Assembly: GCA_044226015.1 (NCBI GenBank)
Contig: JBGAHS010000007.1
Coordinates: 480,001 to 544,000 of the forward strand
Source: Candidatus Obscuribacteraceae bacterium
GTDB taxonomy: Bacteria; Cyanobacteriota; Vampirovibrionia; Obscuribacterales; Obscuribacteraceae
Direction: 5' to 3'
Length of the DNA stretch: 64,000 bases
The notes beneath the pieces are model-generated. The model searched no databases. It had not been told where the DNA came from and worked only from the letters and a program-made list of their open reading frames with translations. Within the stretch, counting starts at the first letter, position 1. Each line of letters starts with the position of its first letter. The position numbers and the translations under genes are program-made. Below are positions 36,502 to 46,401 of this stretch, one piece after another.

Positions 36502-37875
36502 ATGGCTGGTTCTGCTGGAATCGAATACACCTATCGGTATCCCTTTAATTCTCAGCTCGTAGAGGCATCTGGTGCGTCAAATCTATTTTTGGCTACGTCT
36601 CAAAGCGACGGTGTTTTCCCTTATTTTTTCGAGGGGCGCATTTTGCGACCTCGCTTAACTGCGCAACTACTTACCGCGTTGGCAAAAGTTGTTAGCACTC
36701 GGTTTTACATTCCACCGAACTTGCTTAAGAAACTCATGGCAGAGCGTGACCCCATAGTTACTGCTGGCGCAGGAATTCTTCGCTTCGAGGGATTTTCAGC
36801 ATGCTGCAGCACCTACGCTAGAGTCGATCTGACACCGGGTGCGTATGATGGTGAGGTCGTGCAACAGGGTACTACCAATGTTGATTTCAATTCTTTAATG
36901 CGAGCTGCTCTTTTGCGCGTAAGAGATGGTGACCGCCTAACGCTTAGTGTAGGACCGGATGAAGTCGCCCTAGCGCTTGGATTTGAGCATATTGTTGAGC
37001 GGAAAGTTGAATTGCCATATCGTTGGTTGAGGAGTCTGGTAGAGGTTCAATCATATCAATCCAAGATGAATCTTCACTTTACTGCGGACAAGCCGGAGCT
37101 TGTGCGATTCTTGCGTTCGCTTCCGAAATCTACTCCTGCAAAATCACGTTTTTTTGTGGTGCGTGCTGCAAAGAATTTGCGCTTGAGCCAGAATGATGTT
37201 CCAGAAGCTGTTCCAATTACTGGGCTTCAACGGCTTCAGCTTCTCACTGATTTGGCGCCGCTCGCCGATTCACTGAGTGTGTTTTGTGATCAATCTCGAC
37301 AAACTTCGGAATGGCATCTTAACTGCGGTCCATTATCGATGATTATCACTATGAGTGCAGAAATTTCCAGAGGCTTCTCGGGTGAAGGTCAAGTTTTGAC
37401 TGATCTTGACGAATGCGCTACAGAACGATTGGCATTATTGCGGGCGGCACTTAAGTGGGAGTCCTTGATCAATACATCAGACCTTGCGAAACGAACAGGT
37501 TTAAGTGAAGAACATGTTCGAAAACTGCTTGCTGTTTTAGGATCACGTGGGCTGGTTGGGTATGATGTTGGTCACGGTGCGTATTTTCATAGAGAGTTGC
37601 CATTCGATTTTGAGCTTATTGAAGAGATGCATCCTCGACTGAGAAATGCTCGCAATTTATTGAGCGAGGGGAAAGTAAAAGTGGTGGCGCGCAGTGACGA
37701 AATTATTGAAATCGAAGTGGAAGGAAGTGGATTTCAACACATCGTCCGTTTTCGTGGGAAAGAATCAAGCTGCACTTGTCCATGGTATGCAAAGTATCAG
37801 GGAGAAGCACGTGGACCGTGCAAGCATATTTTGGCTGCTCGATTAGCAGCTTTTGGATCCGAGAAAAGTGAGTGA
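36502..37875 (+). CDS. SWIM zinc-finger family protein
   Basis: DPIVT...LRFEGFSACCSTYARVD, GTTNVDFN, RGFSGEG, YFHRELPF, C-terminal CTCPWY...GPCKH. Confidence 0.9.
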   Translation: MAGSAGIEYTYRYPFNSQLVEASGASNLFLATSQSDGVFPYFFEGRILRPRLTAQLLTALAKVVSTRFYIPPNLLKKLMAERDPIVTAGAGILRFEGFSACCSTYARVDLTPGAYDGEVVQQGTTNVDFNSLMRAALLRVRDGDRLTLSVGPDEVALALGFEHIVERKVELPYRWLRSLVEVQSYQSKMNLHFTADKPELVRFLRSLPKSTPAKSRFFVVRAAKNLRLSQNDVPEAVPITGLQRLQLLTDLAPLADSLSVFCDQSRQTSEWHLNCGPLSMIITMSAEISRGFSGEGQVLTDLDECATERLALLRAALKWESLINTSDLAKRTGLSEEHVRKLLAVLGSRGLVGYDVGHGAYFHRELPFDFELIEEMHPRLRNARNLLSEGKVKVVARSDEIIEIEVEGSGFQHIVRFRGKESSCTCPWYAKYQGEARGPCKHILAARLAAFGSEKSE

Positions 37876-40378
37876 AGCCGATGCCGAGCAAGAGCTCATT
37901 GCGAAGCTCATAACTGCTGATGAGCAATCACTTATAGAATTGTTCAGGAATAGCTCTGATCGAAAGTCTTTAACTAAGGCTGCATTAAGAGCCTACCAGG
38001 TAATGAGTCTGTTTCCGCTGAGTAATGTCGTATTGAACTCTGTTCTGGCAACTGCAAGCGAAGAGCAATTGAACAATCTGTCAATTTCAATTGTTAGAAC
38101 TGGAGATCTCTTTCTCGAATTTCTACTAGAATACAAACCTCCTCATTTTTCCGCTTGGGTGCATCAGCGCGTTGTAAGTCTTGAGATTGAGTTTGAGCTG
38201 GTAGTAGAACTTGTTAGTCGTGGTCTGTGTTGTGAACCAAGTACCAATGAATACGTCCTGCTCATTATGGAGGACTTGCGCAGTCGTAGCTTTAGCGATG
38301 TCGTTGTGCCTAAGCCGACGAGTAATGAAAGCTTTAGTGATTGCCTTGAGCAAATCTTACAGGTCGAACGGTTGGGCGAGAACAGTCTGGCGACTGACGC
38401 CAAAGAGTCGGGGCGCGAACTCTCGCAGGAAAACTCTTTAACTAAGTTGCGTCGAGCTGGCGTATTCGAACGTTGCAATTTTCTGGATGCTAGTCTGGAT
38501 GCTCTTTCTCGAGAGCTTCCGGTAACTCAGGCTGTCTGGTATACAAGATTTCATGAAGCCCTTGAGCCCACGTTAGATGAGAGGCATCTGAGGCTTTCCG
38601 CATATGCAAGCCTTCTTGGTAGTGCGGCTTCTGCAACCGTGTGTTTCGCGCTGAACGCACTGAAAATTTTGGCGAGGAATAAAACTCTCGATCCGAATTT
38701 GCTAATTTCGAATTTGCGTCTCGCTATAGCTTTTAAGAAAAAATCTGTTGTTCTTGATGCGATTTCATTGATAGAGGTATTGCTAGAAGAAGATTCAAGT
38801 CCGGTAATAGATTTACTATGTGTGGCTGTTGAAGGCTTTCTGCATGAGTCGCCGGATGTGCAGAATCGAATTGCAAAACTCATAATCAGCTACTCAAGCA
38901 ACGACTGTGTTGAGCTTCGCGAGAAACTGGGCGAATTTGAAGAGTGCTTGTTACCGTCGGTTAAAGCAAAGCTGCAAGCTTGGTTAAGCGTGCGCTCTTT
39001 CTCAGTTGCTGCGAGCAATGAAGCTCCGTACTCTCAGAGTCAGCCGTCAGCAATTAGTCCGCTTGAAACAGCAATGCACTTAGTGCCTATTTTGGATCTT
39101 GACCAACTGATATCAACTTGTTCATATGTCCTGGAGAATTCCGCACAGGTCGATGCAATAGAGCAGGCTTTAGATGGCATCGTGAGGCTTAGTATAACTC
39201 CATCTAGTGACCTCCCCAGAATTAGCAAACCTTTGTTGAAACGAGCATCTTCTCTTCGTGCTAGTAATGCTTTTTCCGTATCGTATTTGCAGAAGTTGTT
39301 TGCTTCGTTTGTTTCGTGTTGGCTGACTAATGATGCGAATCTATCAGTTCCCGCAACCCACCCTGACAGTTGCGAGCTATTCATGCACTGCCGCCTGTCG
39401 CTTCTTCTTGCCCGCCTTTTGCAAAGACTTCCTGCACCCTTATTGTCGGCGCCCACTCATGAACGTGGTTGGATTGAACCACGAGTTGTGCACGAGCGTT
39501 GGAAGATTTTCGATGCCATTGGGCAAATTCCTGATGACTATGAGCAATCAATTTGCCTCTTGCGCATGCCTCTTTCGCAAATGAAGTCTCTGCTCCCTGA
39601 GTATCTTTCTCTGCGGGGAAGATTCTGGGATGCTGTGCGTTTTGCCACAAGGATTACCGACGAGTTAGTTGACGATGGCTCTCTTCTTTTCCATGCCGCG
39701 CATTCTTATCGAACACCGCCAGAGTTGGCTGTTTGTTTTGATTTAGGGACTGGTCAATTGTTTCAACATAAATCAAGTCTCGACTCTCTTCGCTGGTTGG
39801 GAACTTACTTTCCATCGATGAGAAATCAGTTCGTTGCCAGCAGTATTCGTAAATTTGGAAATGCTATCGATCGGCGCGAGAGCCAAGATGTAGCATTGAG
39901 AGTTTTCCTTGAAATCATGAGTGATGCCTCCTTTCAATTTGATCGTCAGTCGTACCATGCACTTGGTACGGCTTTGATTGTTGCTAATCCTGAGCTGGCA
40001 TTTCTCGCTCGAGATGTCTTGATACAACTAATTTTTGCGAGGCGATTGTGTGTCGAATCATTCGGAAAAGAAATTGCAGTCTTTCTGTACTGCGAAAGAG
40101 GCATGATCAAACGAATGGTTAGAGCATTGACTGATGTTGCTGCCATGAGTCCGACTCATTCAAGTGCAGTGCGCCAGGTCTTGGAGCGTGCTTTGCAAGG
40201 AGGAGAGGTGGTTCGTCGTGATTTGTATTTGGTGCTTGAACTACTTCACGAATTACTCTGCGCTGAAAAGCTCTCGTCGATCGATCCGCAAACAAAAGCG
40301 CATCTGCTTCGTCTAACCGCTGGCGGAAAAACGGCTATGCTAATTAAGCGTTTGGTCAATTCTGATTTTCGCGGTTAA
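37868..40378 (+). CDS. large helical-repeat protein (DUF6493-like), usual partner of the SWIM gene
   Basis: Overlaps the SWIM gene stop; WYTRFHEALEPT, LLSAPTHERGWIEP motifs. Confidence 0.7.
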   Translation: MSEADAEQELIAKLITADEQSLIELFRNSSDRKSLTKAALRAYQVMSLFPLSNVVLNSVLATASEEQLNNLSISIVRTGDLFLEFLLEYKPPHFSAWVHQRVVSLEIEFELVVELVSRGLCCEPSTNEYVLLIMEDLRSRSFSDVVVPKPTSNESFSDCLEQILQVERLGENSLATDAKESGRELSQENSLTKLRRAGVFERCNFLDASLDALSRELPVTQAVWYTRFHEALEPTLDERHLRLSAYASLLGSAASATVCFALNALKILARNKTLDPNLLISNLRLAIAFKKKSVVLDAISLIEVLLEEDSSPVIDLLCVAVEGFLHESPDVQNRIAKLIISYSSNDCVELREKLGEFEECLLPSVKAKLQAWLSVRSFSVAASNEAPYSQSQPSAISPLETAMHLVPILDLDQLISTCSYVLENSAQVDAIEQALDGIVRLSITPSSDLPRISKPLLKRASSLRASNAFSVSYLQKLFASFVSCWLTNDANLSVPATHPDSCELFMHCRLSLLLARLLQRLPAPLLSAPTHERGWIEPRVVHERWKIFDAIGQIPDDYEQSICLLRMPLSQMKSLLPEYLSLRGRFWDAVRFATRITDELVDDGSLLFHAAHSYRTPPELAVCFDLGTGQLFQHKSSLDSLRWLGTYFPSMRNQFVASSIRKFGNAIDRRESQDVALRVFLEIMSDASFQFDRQSYHALGTALIVANPELAFLARDVLIQLIFARRLCVESFGKEIAVFLYCERGMIKRMVRALTDVAAMSPTHSSAVRQVLERALQGGEVVRRDLYLVLELLHELLCAEKLSSIDPQTKAHLLRLTAGGKTAMLIKRLVNSDFRG

Positions 40379-40478
40379 GCAGACACAAGATAGCGATTCG
40401 AGCAGAGCGTAAATATCTTGCTGGCAATGGTATCTGGCTATTTTCTAAGATGAACTGAAGATCCAACCATTTCAGGAT

Positions 40479-40616
40479 GATTGTGTGTCGAATTCTTCGG
40501 AAAAGAAATTGTATGTCTTAGATTGTGATGGAGGCATGATCAAACCCGTGGTTTGATCTTTGACAAAAACTGCTAAGCTAATTTAGCGTTTGGTCAATTC
40601 TGATTTTCGAAGTTAG
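40479..40616 (+). repeat. degenerate, internally deleted copy of the 3' end of the preceding gene
   Basis: 40479-40565 resembles 40044-40131; 40566-40616 resembles 40327-40378. Confidence 0.75.
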
Positions 40617-40662
40617 ACTACGCTGGCTTACTTGCAGTTAATGCTCGACGCCTTGGAGACCC

Positions 40663-41862
40663 ATGGAAGAAAACTTTGAGATCCGTCACCGGAAGCGACC
40701 CTTGAAGGTCTGTGTCATTCGTTCTCTGTGCGCCTGGGGGCTCGTGCTGGGACTCAGCACTAGTGCCCCGCTGGCTGCTCTATCTGCCGATATACCGACT
40801 GAAGGCGACGAGACTCCGGTGTTGCGCAGTACCATCATCCAGACAGAACACAACCCTCCGAGCCCGACAGTCAACACGGAAGATGTGCGCGTGGTTGACT
40901 CAGGCACGTTGTTGAATCTCTATCTTTCGACCGAGATTTCCCCCGACGCCACCACGGAAGGTGATGAGTTTCTCAGCAAAATCGGCAAAGACGTGATGGT
41001 GGATGGGCGAGTGGTTATCCCCAGGGGTACTACGGTGCACGGGGTGCTCAGCACGATGGAGGGTCCGAAACGCTCTGGTCGCAATGGTTACATCACCACG
41101 CGCTTCGACTATTTGATCACTCCTGACGGGCGTAAAGTTACGATAGACGGCAATAGCACCACGCGTGATTCCAAAGGCAAGGCTGCTGCTAAAGTCGTCG
41201 GACGTGCGGCGGGGTTCACTGCCATTGGTGGCGTGATTGGCACGGTGATGGCGCTGCGGTTTGGCGGTCTTGTTGGGGCGGCAGCCAGCCACGGCTCAGC
41301 CCTTGCGGGAGGTGCCGCTATCGGTGGTGCTGCCGGGCTCACTATCGCTATGCTGACGAAGGGGAAAAGCGTTCTGCTTCAACCCGGCACTGAAATGCAC
41401 GTCAAGCTCAGCGAGCCTCTGACATTGCCGACCATGACTATGCCTGATGAGACAGCGGAAGATTTCAGCATTCCTGGGCTGCAGGTGAAGGTGGCGGACA
41501 TGCGCATTGACACTCGTTCCTTTGGCGAAATTAAGCTGACGCTGGATATTTTGAATCAAACCGAAGATACGTTCTCCACTTTTGAAATCGGACTTGAGGA
41601 CGATATGGGCAAGGTGTTCTTCCCTTCGCCTGTTGGCGACACTGGCATCCTGTCCACGAAAATCACGCCTAGCAGTCACTTCAACAGCAACCTAACTTTT
41701 AGTGTAGACAATGTCAGAAGCCGCTACAAGTTGGTGCTTTTCAAGCCCTATTCCCGTGATCCGCTGGCAAAATTAGCGCTGACAGATGAGATGCTGGCAA
41801 GCAGCAAAGCTAGCCCCAAGTCCAAGCGCGTGGGCATTGCAGCAGCCCGCAAACCTGACTGA
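40663..41862 (+). CDS. secreted hypothetical protein with a TrbI/VirB10-like beta domain and glycine zipper
   Basis: Signal peptide; VIPRGTTVHG...GRNG, Gly/Ala zipper, LQPGTE. Confidence 0.7.
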   Translation: MEENFEIRHRKRPLKVCVIRSLCAWGLVLGLSTSAPLAALSADIPTEGDETPVLRSTIIQTEHNPPSPTVNTEDVRVVDSGTLLNLYLSTEISPDATTEGDEFLSKIGKDVMVDGRVVIPRGTTVHGVLSTMEGPKRSGRNGYITTRFDYLITPDGRKVTIDGNSTTRDSKGKAAAKVVGRAAGFTAIGGVIGTVMALRFGGLVGAAASHGSALAGGAAIGGAAGLTIAMLTKGKSVLLQPGTEMHVKLSEPLTLPTMTMPDETAEDFSIPGLQVKVADMRIDTRSFGEIKLTLDILNQTEDTFSTFEIGLEDDMGKVFFPSPVGDTGILSTKITPSSHFNSNLTFSVDNVRSRYKLVLFKPYSRDPLAKLALTDEMLASSKASPKSKRVGIAAARKPD

Positions 41863-41994
41863 GTTCTGCCCGTGCTACGCAGCACCTCGGGCAGCCTGTT
41901 GCAGTCACTACATCCGACACACTAGCGTCACAATCGTTCGGTATGGTTATTACTTACTGTTAGTTACGGTTACTGTGAAAGTAACGAACAATGG

Positions 41995-43155
41995 ATGATG
42001 AAAACAGTTAAAACACTGGCACTGTGTTTCAGCGCATTACTGCTTGTACTTTCTATATCAGGCTGTCAGGCACTGCCTGGCAGCAAAGAAGCATCGCACG
42101 AAAGTAAGCAGGTCGGCAAACCAGTTGTCGAAGAAGCGGCGCTGAATGATGAAGAAGCATCTCATGTTTATCAGGTCAGTAAACCCCTCGTCAAAGACCT
42201 GACGATGAATGATGAGTATGTCTGCCAAATTAGAGCAATACAACACATTGAAATTCGTTCGTTAGAGAAGGGATATCTGGAAAATGTACTTGTAGACGAA
42301 GGACAAACTGTTCACAAAGGACAATTGCTTTTTCAAATAAAGCCCAGTGTCTACCAAGCCGATGTTCAAAAGTCAGAAGCAGAGGTTGAGCTTTCCAAAA
42401 TTGAGTTGGAGAACAACCAGGCACTCGTTGACAAAGATATTATTTCTGCCACTGAAGCCGCTATGTCTGCCGCTAAGCTGGCTAAAGTAAAAGCGGAACT
42501 AGAGCTAGCTAAAACGCATTTAGGCTTCACTGAAATTCGCGCTCCGTTTGATGGGCTGATAGGTCGCTTCAATGATGTTAGGCTAGGCAGCTTGCTGGAA
42601 GAAAACGAACTGCTAACCACTCTGAGCGATACCCATCGGCTGTGGGTGTACTTCAATGTGCCAGAAGCTGTTTACCTGGACTACATGAAAAACAAGCACC
42701 TTTCTCAGAAAGTCCAGCTAGAACTCGCCAACAAGGAAATTTATCCTGAGACTGGAACGATAGAAGCCATTCAATCAGACTTCAGTAGTACCTCAGGCAA
42801 TATTGCATTTCGAGCGAGCTTTAATAACCCACACGGACTTCTGCGTTACGGGCAAACAGGCACAATACTATGGCCGAAAAAAATCCAGCAGGCGATCATT
42901 TTGCCCCAAAAATCTACTTTTGAAATTTTAGACAAACGCTTTGTTTTTGTTGTCGACAAAGATGGTGTGATTCACGAACGCGAGATAAAAGTGGCTCGTG
43001 AGGCACCAAATATTTTTGTAGTTGCGTCTGGAATAAAGCCTGATGAAATGTACCTGCTTGAACAGCAGAACAAACTAGATAAGGGCGACAAAATTCATTA
43101 CAAGCTGATTGAGCCCCAACGTGCTATTGAGAGCTTGAAACTGTATGCAGAGTAG
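41995..43155 (+). CDS. RND efflux periplasmic adaptor (MFP), lipoprotein
   Basis: ISGC lipobox, VDEGQ.VHKGQLLF, IRAPFDG. Confidence 0.93.
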   Translation: MMKTVKTLALCFSALLLVLSISGCQALPGSKEASHESKQVGKPVVEEAALNDEEASHVYQVSKPLVKDLTMNDEYVCQIRAIQHIEIRSLEKGYLENVLVDEGQTVHKGQLLFQIKPSVYQADVQKSEAEVELSKIELENNQALVDKDIISATEAAMSAAKLAKVKAELELAKTHLGFTEIRAPFDGLIGRFNDVRLGSLLEENELLTTLSDTHRLWVYFNVPEAVYLDYMKNKHLSQKVQLELANKEIYPETGTIEAIQSDFSSTSGNIAFRASFNNPHGLLRYGQTGTILWPKKIQQAIILPQKSTFEILDKRFVFVVDKDGVIHEREIKVAREAPNIFVVASGIKPDEMYLLEQQNKLDKGDKIHYKLIEPQRAIESLKLYAE

Positions 43156-43166
43156 ATTAGGTAGCT

Positions 43167-46100
43167 ATGTTTCGTAACATTCTAAAACGGCCGGTACTCG
43201 GCATTGTTATCTCTGTATTGATCGTTTTTGTCGGCTGCATGGCCATTGTGCAGCTGCCTATTTCACAGTTTCCCAAAATTGCACCAACCGTCGTCAATAT
43301 TTTTATTGCCTACCCCGGTGCCAGTGCAAGTGTGCTTACCAATTCTACGCTGGTACCACTGGAAGCAGCCATTAATGGTGTTCCGGGCATGCGCTACATG
43401 TCCTCTGATGCCACCAGTGCTGGTGAGGCCACCATCCGTGTGGTATTTGAACCTGGTACCGACCCAGACCAGGCTGTGGTCAGCGTCAAAATCAGGGTGG
43501 ATAGAGTGATGACTTCGTTACCTGATCTCGTTCAACGAGAGGGTGTCATCATTTTGCCCCTACAGCCATCTATGTTGATGTATGTGGATTTGTATTCTGA
43601 CTCTGACTCATTTGACCAGAAGTATCTATTTAATTACGCCTATACCAAGCTAATACCTGAAATTCAGCGAATTACGGGGGTTGCTAATGCGACCTTATTG
43701 GGCAGCAGAACGTATTCAATGAGGTTGTGGCTTAAACCAGATCGCATGCGAGCTTACAACATCTCTTCTGAAGAAGTGGTTGAGGCGGTTAAGAGTCAGA
43801 GTTTAATCGCTCGCCCTGGGCAGCTCGGCATCAGCTCGGGGAAAAAAGCCCAGTCTACTGTTTACGTGCTTAATTATGTCGGCCGTTATACCGAGCCCGA
43901 GCAGTACGAAAATATCATTATCAAAAGTTCCGGCTTTGGTGAAATGGTCAAGCTAAAAGACATTGCCTACGTGGAGCTTGGCAGTGAGTTCTATGATATT
44001 TATACGAATCTGGATGGAAGACCATCTGCGTCTATCGTGCTGAAACAGACGCCCGATAGCAATGGTAGGGAAGTCATCAAAAAAGTCAAAGAAAAAATCA
44101 GCGAACTTTCCAAGGCATTTCCAGACGGTATACACGCCCAGTACAGCTACGATGTCTCCAAGTTCTTAGATGCCTCGATTGAGCAAGTCATCGACACCCT
44201 CCGCGATGCTTTTATTCTGGTCACACTGGTCGTGTTCTTGTTTCTGGGAGACTGGCGTTCTACCGTGATTCCTGTTATTGCCGTACCTATTTCATTAGTC
44301 GGGGCATTTTTTGTGCTCACGATGTTTGGTATGTCCATTAACCTGATTACTTTATTTGCTCTGGTATTGGCCGTCGGTATCGTGGTGGATGATGCCATTG
44401 TGGTGATTGAAGCCGTCCACAGCAATATGGAAAAAGACCCGTCGCTAACGCCTTATACTGCGACTCAAAAAGCCATGGGCGATCTGGGAAGCGCTATTCT
44501 GGCCATCACTTTGGTGATGATTTCGGTGTTTGTGCCAATTGCTTTCATTCCTGGCCCGGTAGGTGTATTTTATCGGCAGTTTTCTATCACGATGTCTAGC
44601 GCCATTGTAATTTCGGCTTTGGTGGCATTAACGCTAACGCCTGTTTTATGCGCCATGTTTCTGAAAAATCATGCCGGTCACAAGCGCTCTCGCAACCCTA
44701 TTCAATGGTTTATTGGACTATTCAATTCCATTTTCGAATTATTCACCCGTGGCTACATGTGGCTCTTAAATCGCATCGTCACTCAAAAAATAATATGCAT
44801 GGTGGTCATCCTTGCGTTTGCTGCCGGCATTTTTTACATGAGCCAAAAAGTTTCATCCGGCTTTGTGCCGAATGAAGATCAGGGCACCATCTACGCTATT
44901 GTTCAAACACCACCAGGGTCTTCTCTGGAGTATACAAACAAGGTGATGGGTCAGTTGCAAAAAGTGACTAAGGCTGTTGAAGGTGTCGAGTCCGTGACGT
45001 CGATGGCGGGTTACGAAATCATGACAGAAGGCAGAGGCTCTAACGCGGGCACCTGTCTTATCAATCTAAAAAACTGGGATGAACGCAAGCAAAATGTGCA
45101 TGAAATTATTGAGGAATTAGAGCATCACACTGTTGGGTTGGGCGGACGGGTTGAATTTTTCGAGCCGCCAGCTATTCCGGGCTTTGGAACTTCTGGCGGA
45201 TTTTCGTTGCGATTGCTCGATAAAACCGGCGATCTCCGCTATCAGGAGCTGCAAGTTGCCACCCAGGAATTTATGAAAAACCTGCAAAAACGCAAGGAGA
45301 TTTCAGGGCTGTTTACCTTCTACAATGCGTCCTACCCTCAATATGAAATTAAGATCGATAACCAGATGGCCATGCAGAAAGGCGTTTCTATTAAAGATGC
45401 TATGGATAACCTGGATGTTTTGATCAGCGGCTCTTATGAGCAAGGCTTTGTAAAATTTGGACGGTTTTTTAAAGTCTTTACTCAGGCAGCCCCTGAATAC
45501 CGGAGAAATTTGGATGATTTAAAGAACCTGTTTGTCAAAAACGAGCAAGGGGACATGGTGCCCTATACGTCGTTTATGAGCTTGGAAAAAACAAAAGGGT
45601 CCAATGAAATTACGCGCTATAACATGTACAACTCCGCAGCCATTAGAGGATTCCCTGCAAAGGGGTATACGTCTGGCGACGCCATTCAGGCTATCCGCGA
45701 AGTGGCGAAAGAAACTCTGTCTCGCGAGTTCGACATTGCCTGGGAAGACCTGGCCTACGACGAAGCAAAACGAGGTAATGAATTTGTTGTTATATCTTGT
45801 ATTGTTGTGCTTTTTGTCTATCTAGTGTTGGCGGCCCAATACGAAAACTTCGTGCTTCCTTTTGCGGTACTCTTTTCATTGCCCGTCGGTATTTTTGGCT
45901 CTTTCTCAATGCTTCAACTGATGGGTCTGGCTAACGATGTTTATGCACAAATTGCTATTATCACCCTGCTTGGTTTGTTGGGTAAAAATGCTGTGTTGAT
46001 CGTGGAGTTTGCGGTTCAAAAACGTAATGAAGGACTATCGTTGCGAGACGCTGCCCTTGAAGGTGCCAGGATGCGCTTTCGCCCTATCCTGATGACGTCC

Positions 46101-46391
46101 TTTGCCTTCGTTGCCGGGCTGATTCCGCTGGTGCTGTCACATGGCGCAGGTGCTGTGGGGAACAAAACCCTCGGTTCATCTGCGATGGGTGGGATGATTA
46201 CTGGCACACTCATCGGTGTCTTGGTTATTCCCGGACTCTACTTTCTCTTTGCCACCATGGTTGATGGCAAAAGCCTGCTGAAAGGTGAAGACCATACCAG
46301 CATCACAGATTCTATTGTGAGGAACAGCTGGAGACAATCTCTGAAACAATCAATTAGTTTCTTCATTGATAAAATTAAGCCTAAGGATTAA
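43167..46391 (+). CDS. RND efflux permease, HAE1 (AcrB-like)
   Basis: LPISQFP.IAP, AYPGASA, VLAVGIVVDDAIVV, GLLGKNAVLIVEFA, RFRPILMTS. Confidence 0.96.
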   Translation: MFRNILKRPVLGIVISVLIVFVGCMAIVQLPISQFPKIAPTVVNIFIAYPGASASVLTNSTLVPLEAAINGVPGMRYMSSDATSAGEATIRVVFEPGTDPDQAVVSVKIRVDRVMTSLPDLVQREGVIILPLQPSMLMYVDLYSDSDSFDQKYLFNYAYTKLIPEIQRITGVANATLLGSRTYSMRLWLKPDRMRAYNISSEEVVEAVKSQSLIARPGQLGISSGKKAQSTVYVLNYVGRYTEPEQYENIIIKSSGFGEMVKLKDIAYVELGSEFYDIYTNLDGRPSASIVLKQTPDSNGREVIKKVKEKISELSKAFPDGIHAQYSYDVSKFLDASIEQVIDTLRDAFILVTLVVFLFLGDWRSTVIPVIAVPISLVGAFFVLTMFGMSINLITLFALVLAVGIVVDDAIVVIEAVHSNMEKDPSLTPYTATQKAMGDLGSAILAITLVMISVFVPIAFIPGPVGVFYRQFSITMSSAIVISALVALTLTPVLCAMFLKNHAGHKRSRNPIQWFIGLFNSIFELFTRGYMWLLNRIVTQKIICMVVILAFAAGIFYMSQKVSSGFVPNEDQGTIYAIVQTPPGSSLEYTNKVMGQLQKVTKAVEGVESVTSMAGYEIMTEGRGSNAGTCLINLKNWDERKQNVHEIIEELEHHTVGLGGRVEFFEPPAIPGFGTSGGFSLRLLDKTGDLRYQELQVATQEFMKNLQKRKEISGLFTFYNASYPQYEIKIDNQMAMQKGVSIKDAMDNLDVLISGSYEQGFVKFGRFFKVFTQAAPEYRRNLDDLKNLFVKNEQGDMVPYTSFMSLEKTKGSNEITRYNMYNSAAIRGFPAKGYTSGDAIQAIREVAKETLSREFDIAWEDLAYDEAKRGNEFVVISCIVVLFVYLVLAAQYENFVLPFAVLFSLPVGIFGSFSMLQLMGLANDVYAQIAIITLLGLLGKNAVLIVEFAVQKRNEGLSLRDAALEGARMRFRPILMTSFAFVAGLIPLVLSHGAGAVGNKTLGSSAMGGMITGTLIGVLVIPGLYFLFATMVDGKSLLKGEDHTSITDSIVRNSWRQSLKQSISFFIDKIKPKD

Positions 46392-46401
46392 TCAGCCAAC
46401 A

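Noticed and set aside
40044..40616. Diversity-generating retroelement TR/VR pair
   Set aside because: No reverse transcriptase in the window; differences include indels and non-adenine changes
32789..41900. Active integrative element or prophage at tRNA-Leu
   Set aside because: No integrase, transposase or phage structural gene, and no duplicated tRNA 3' end found by eye
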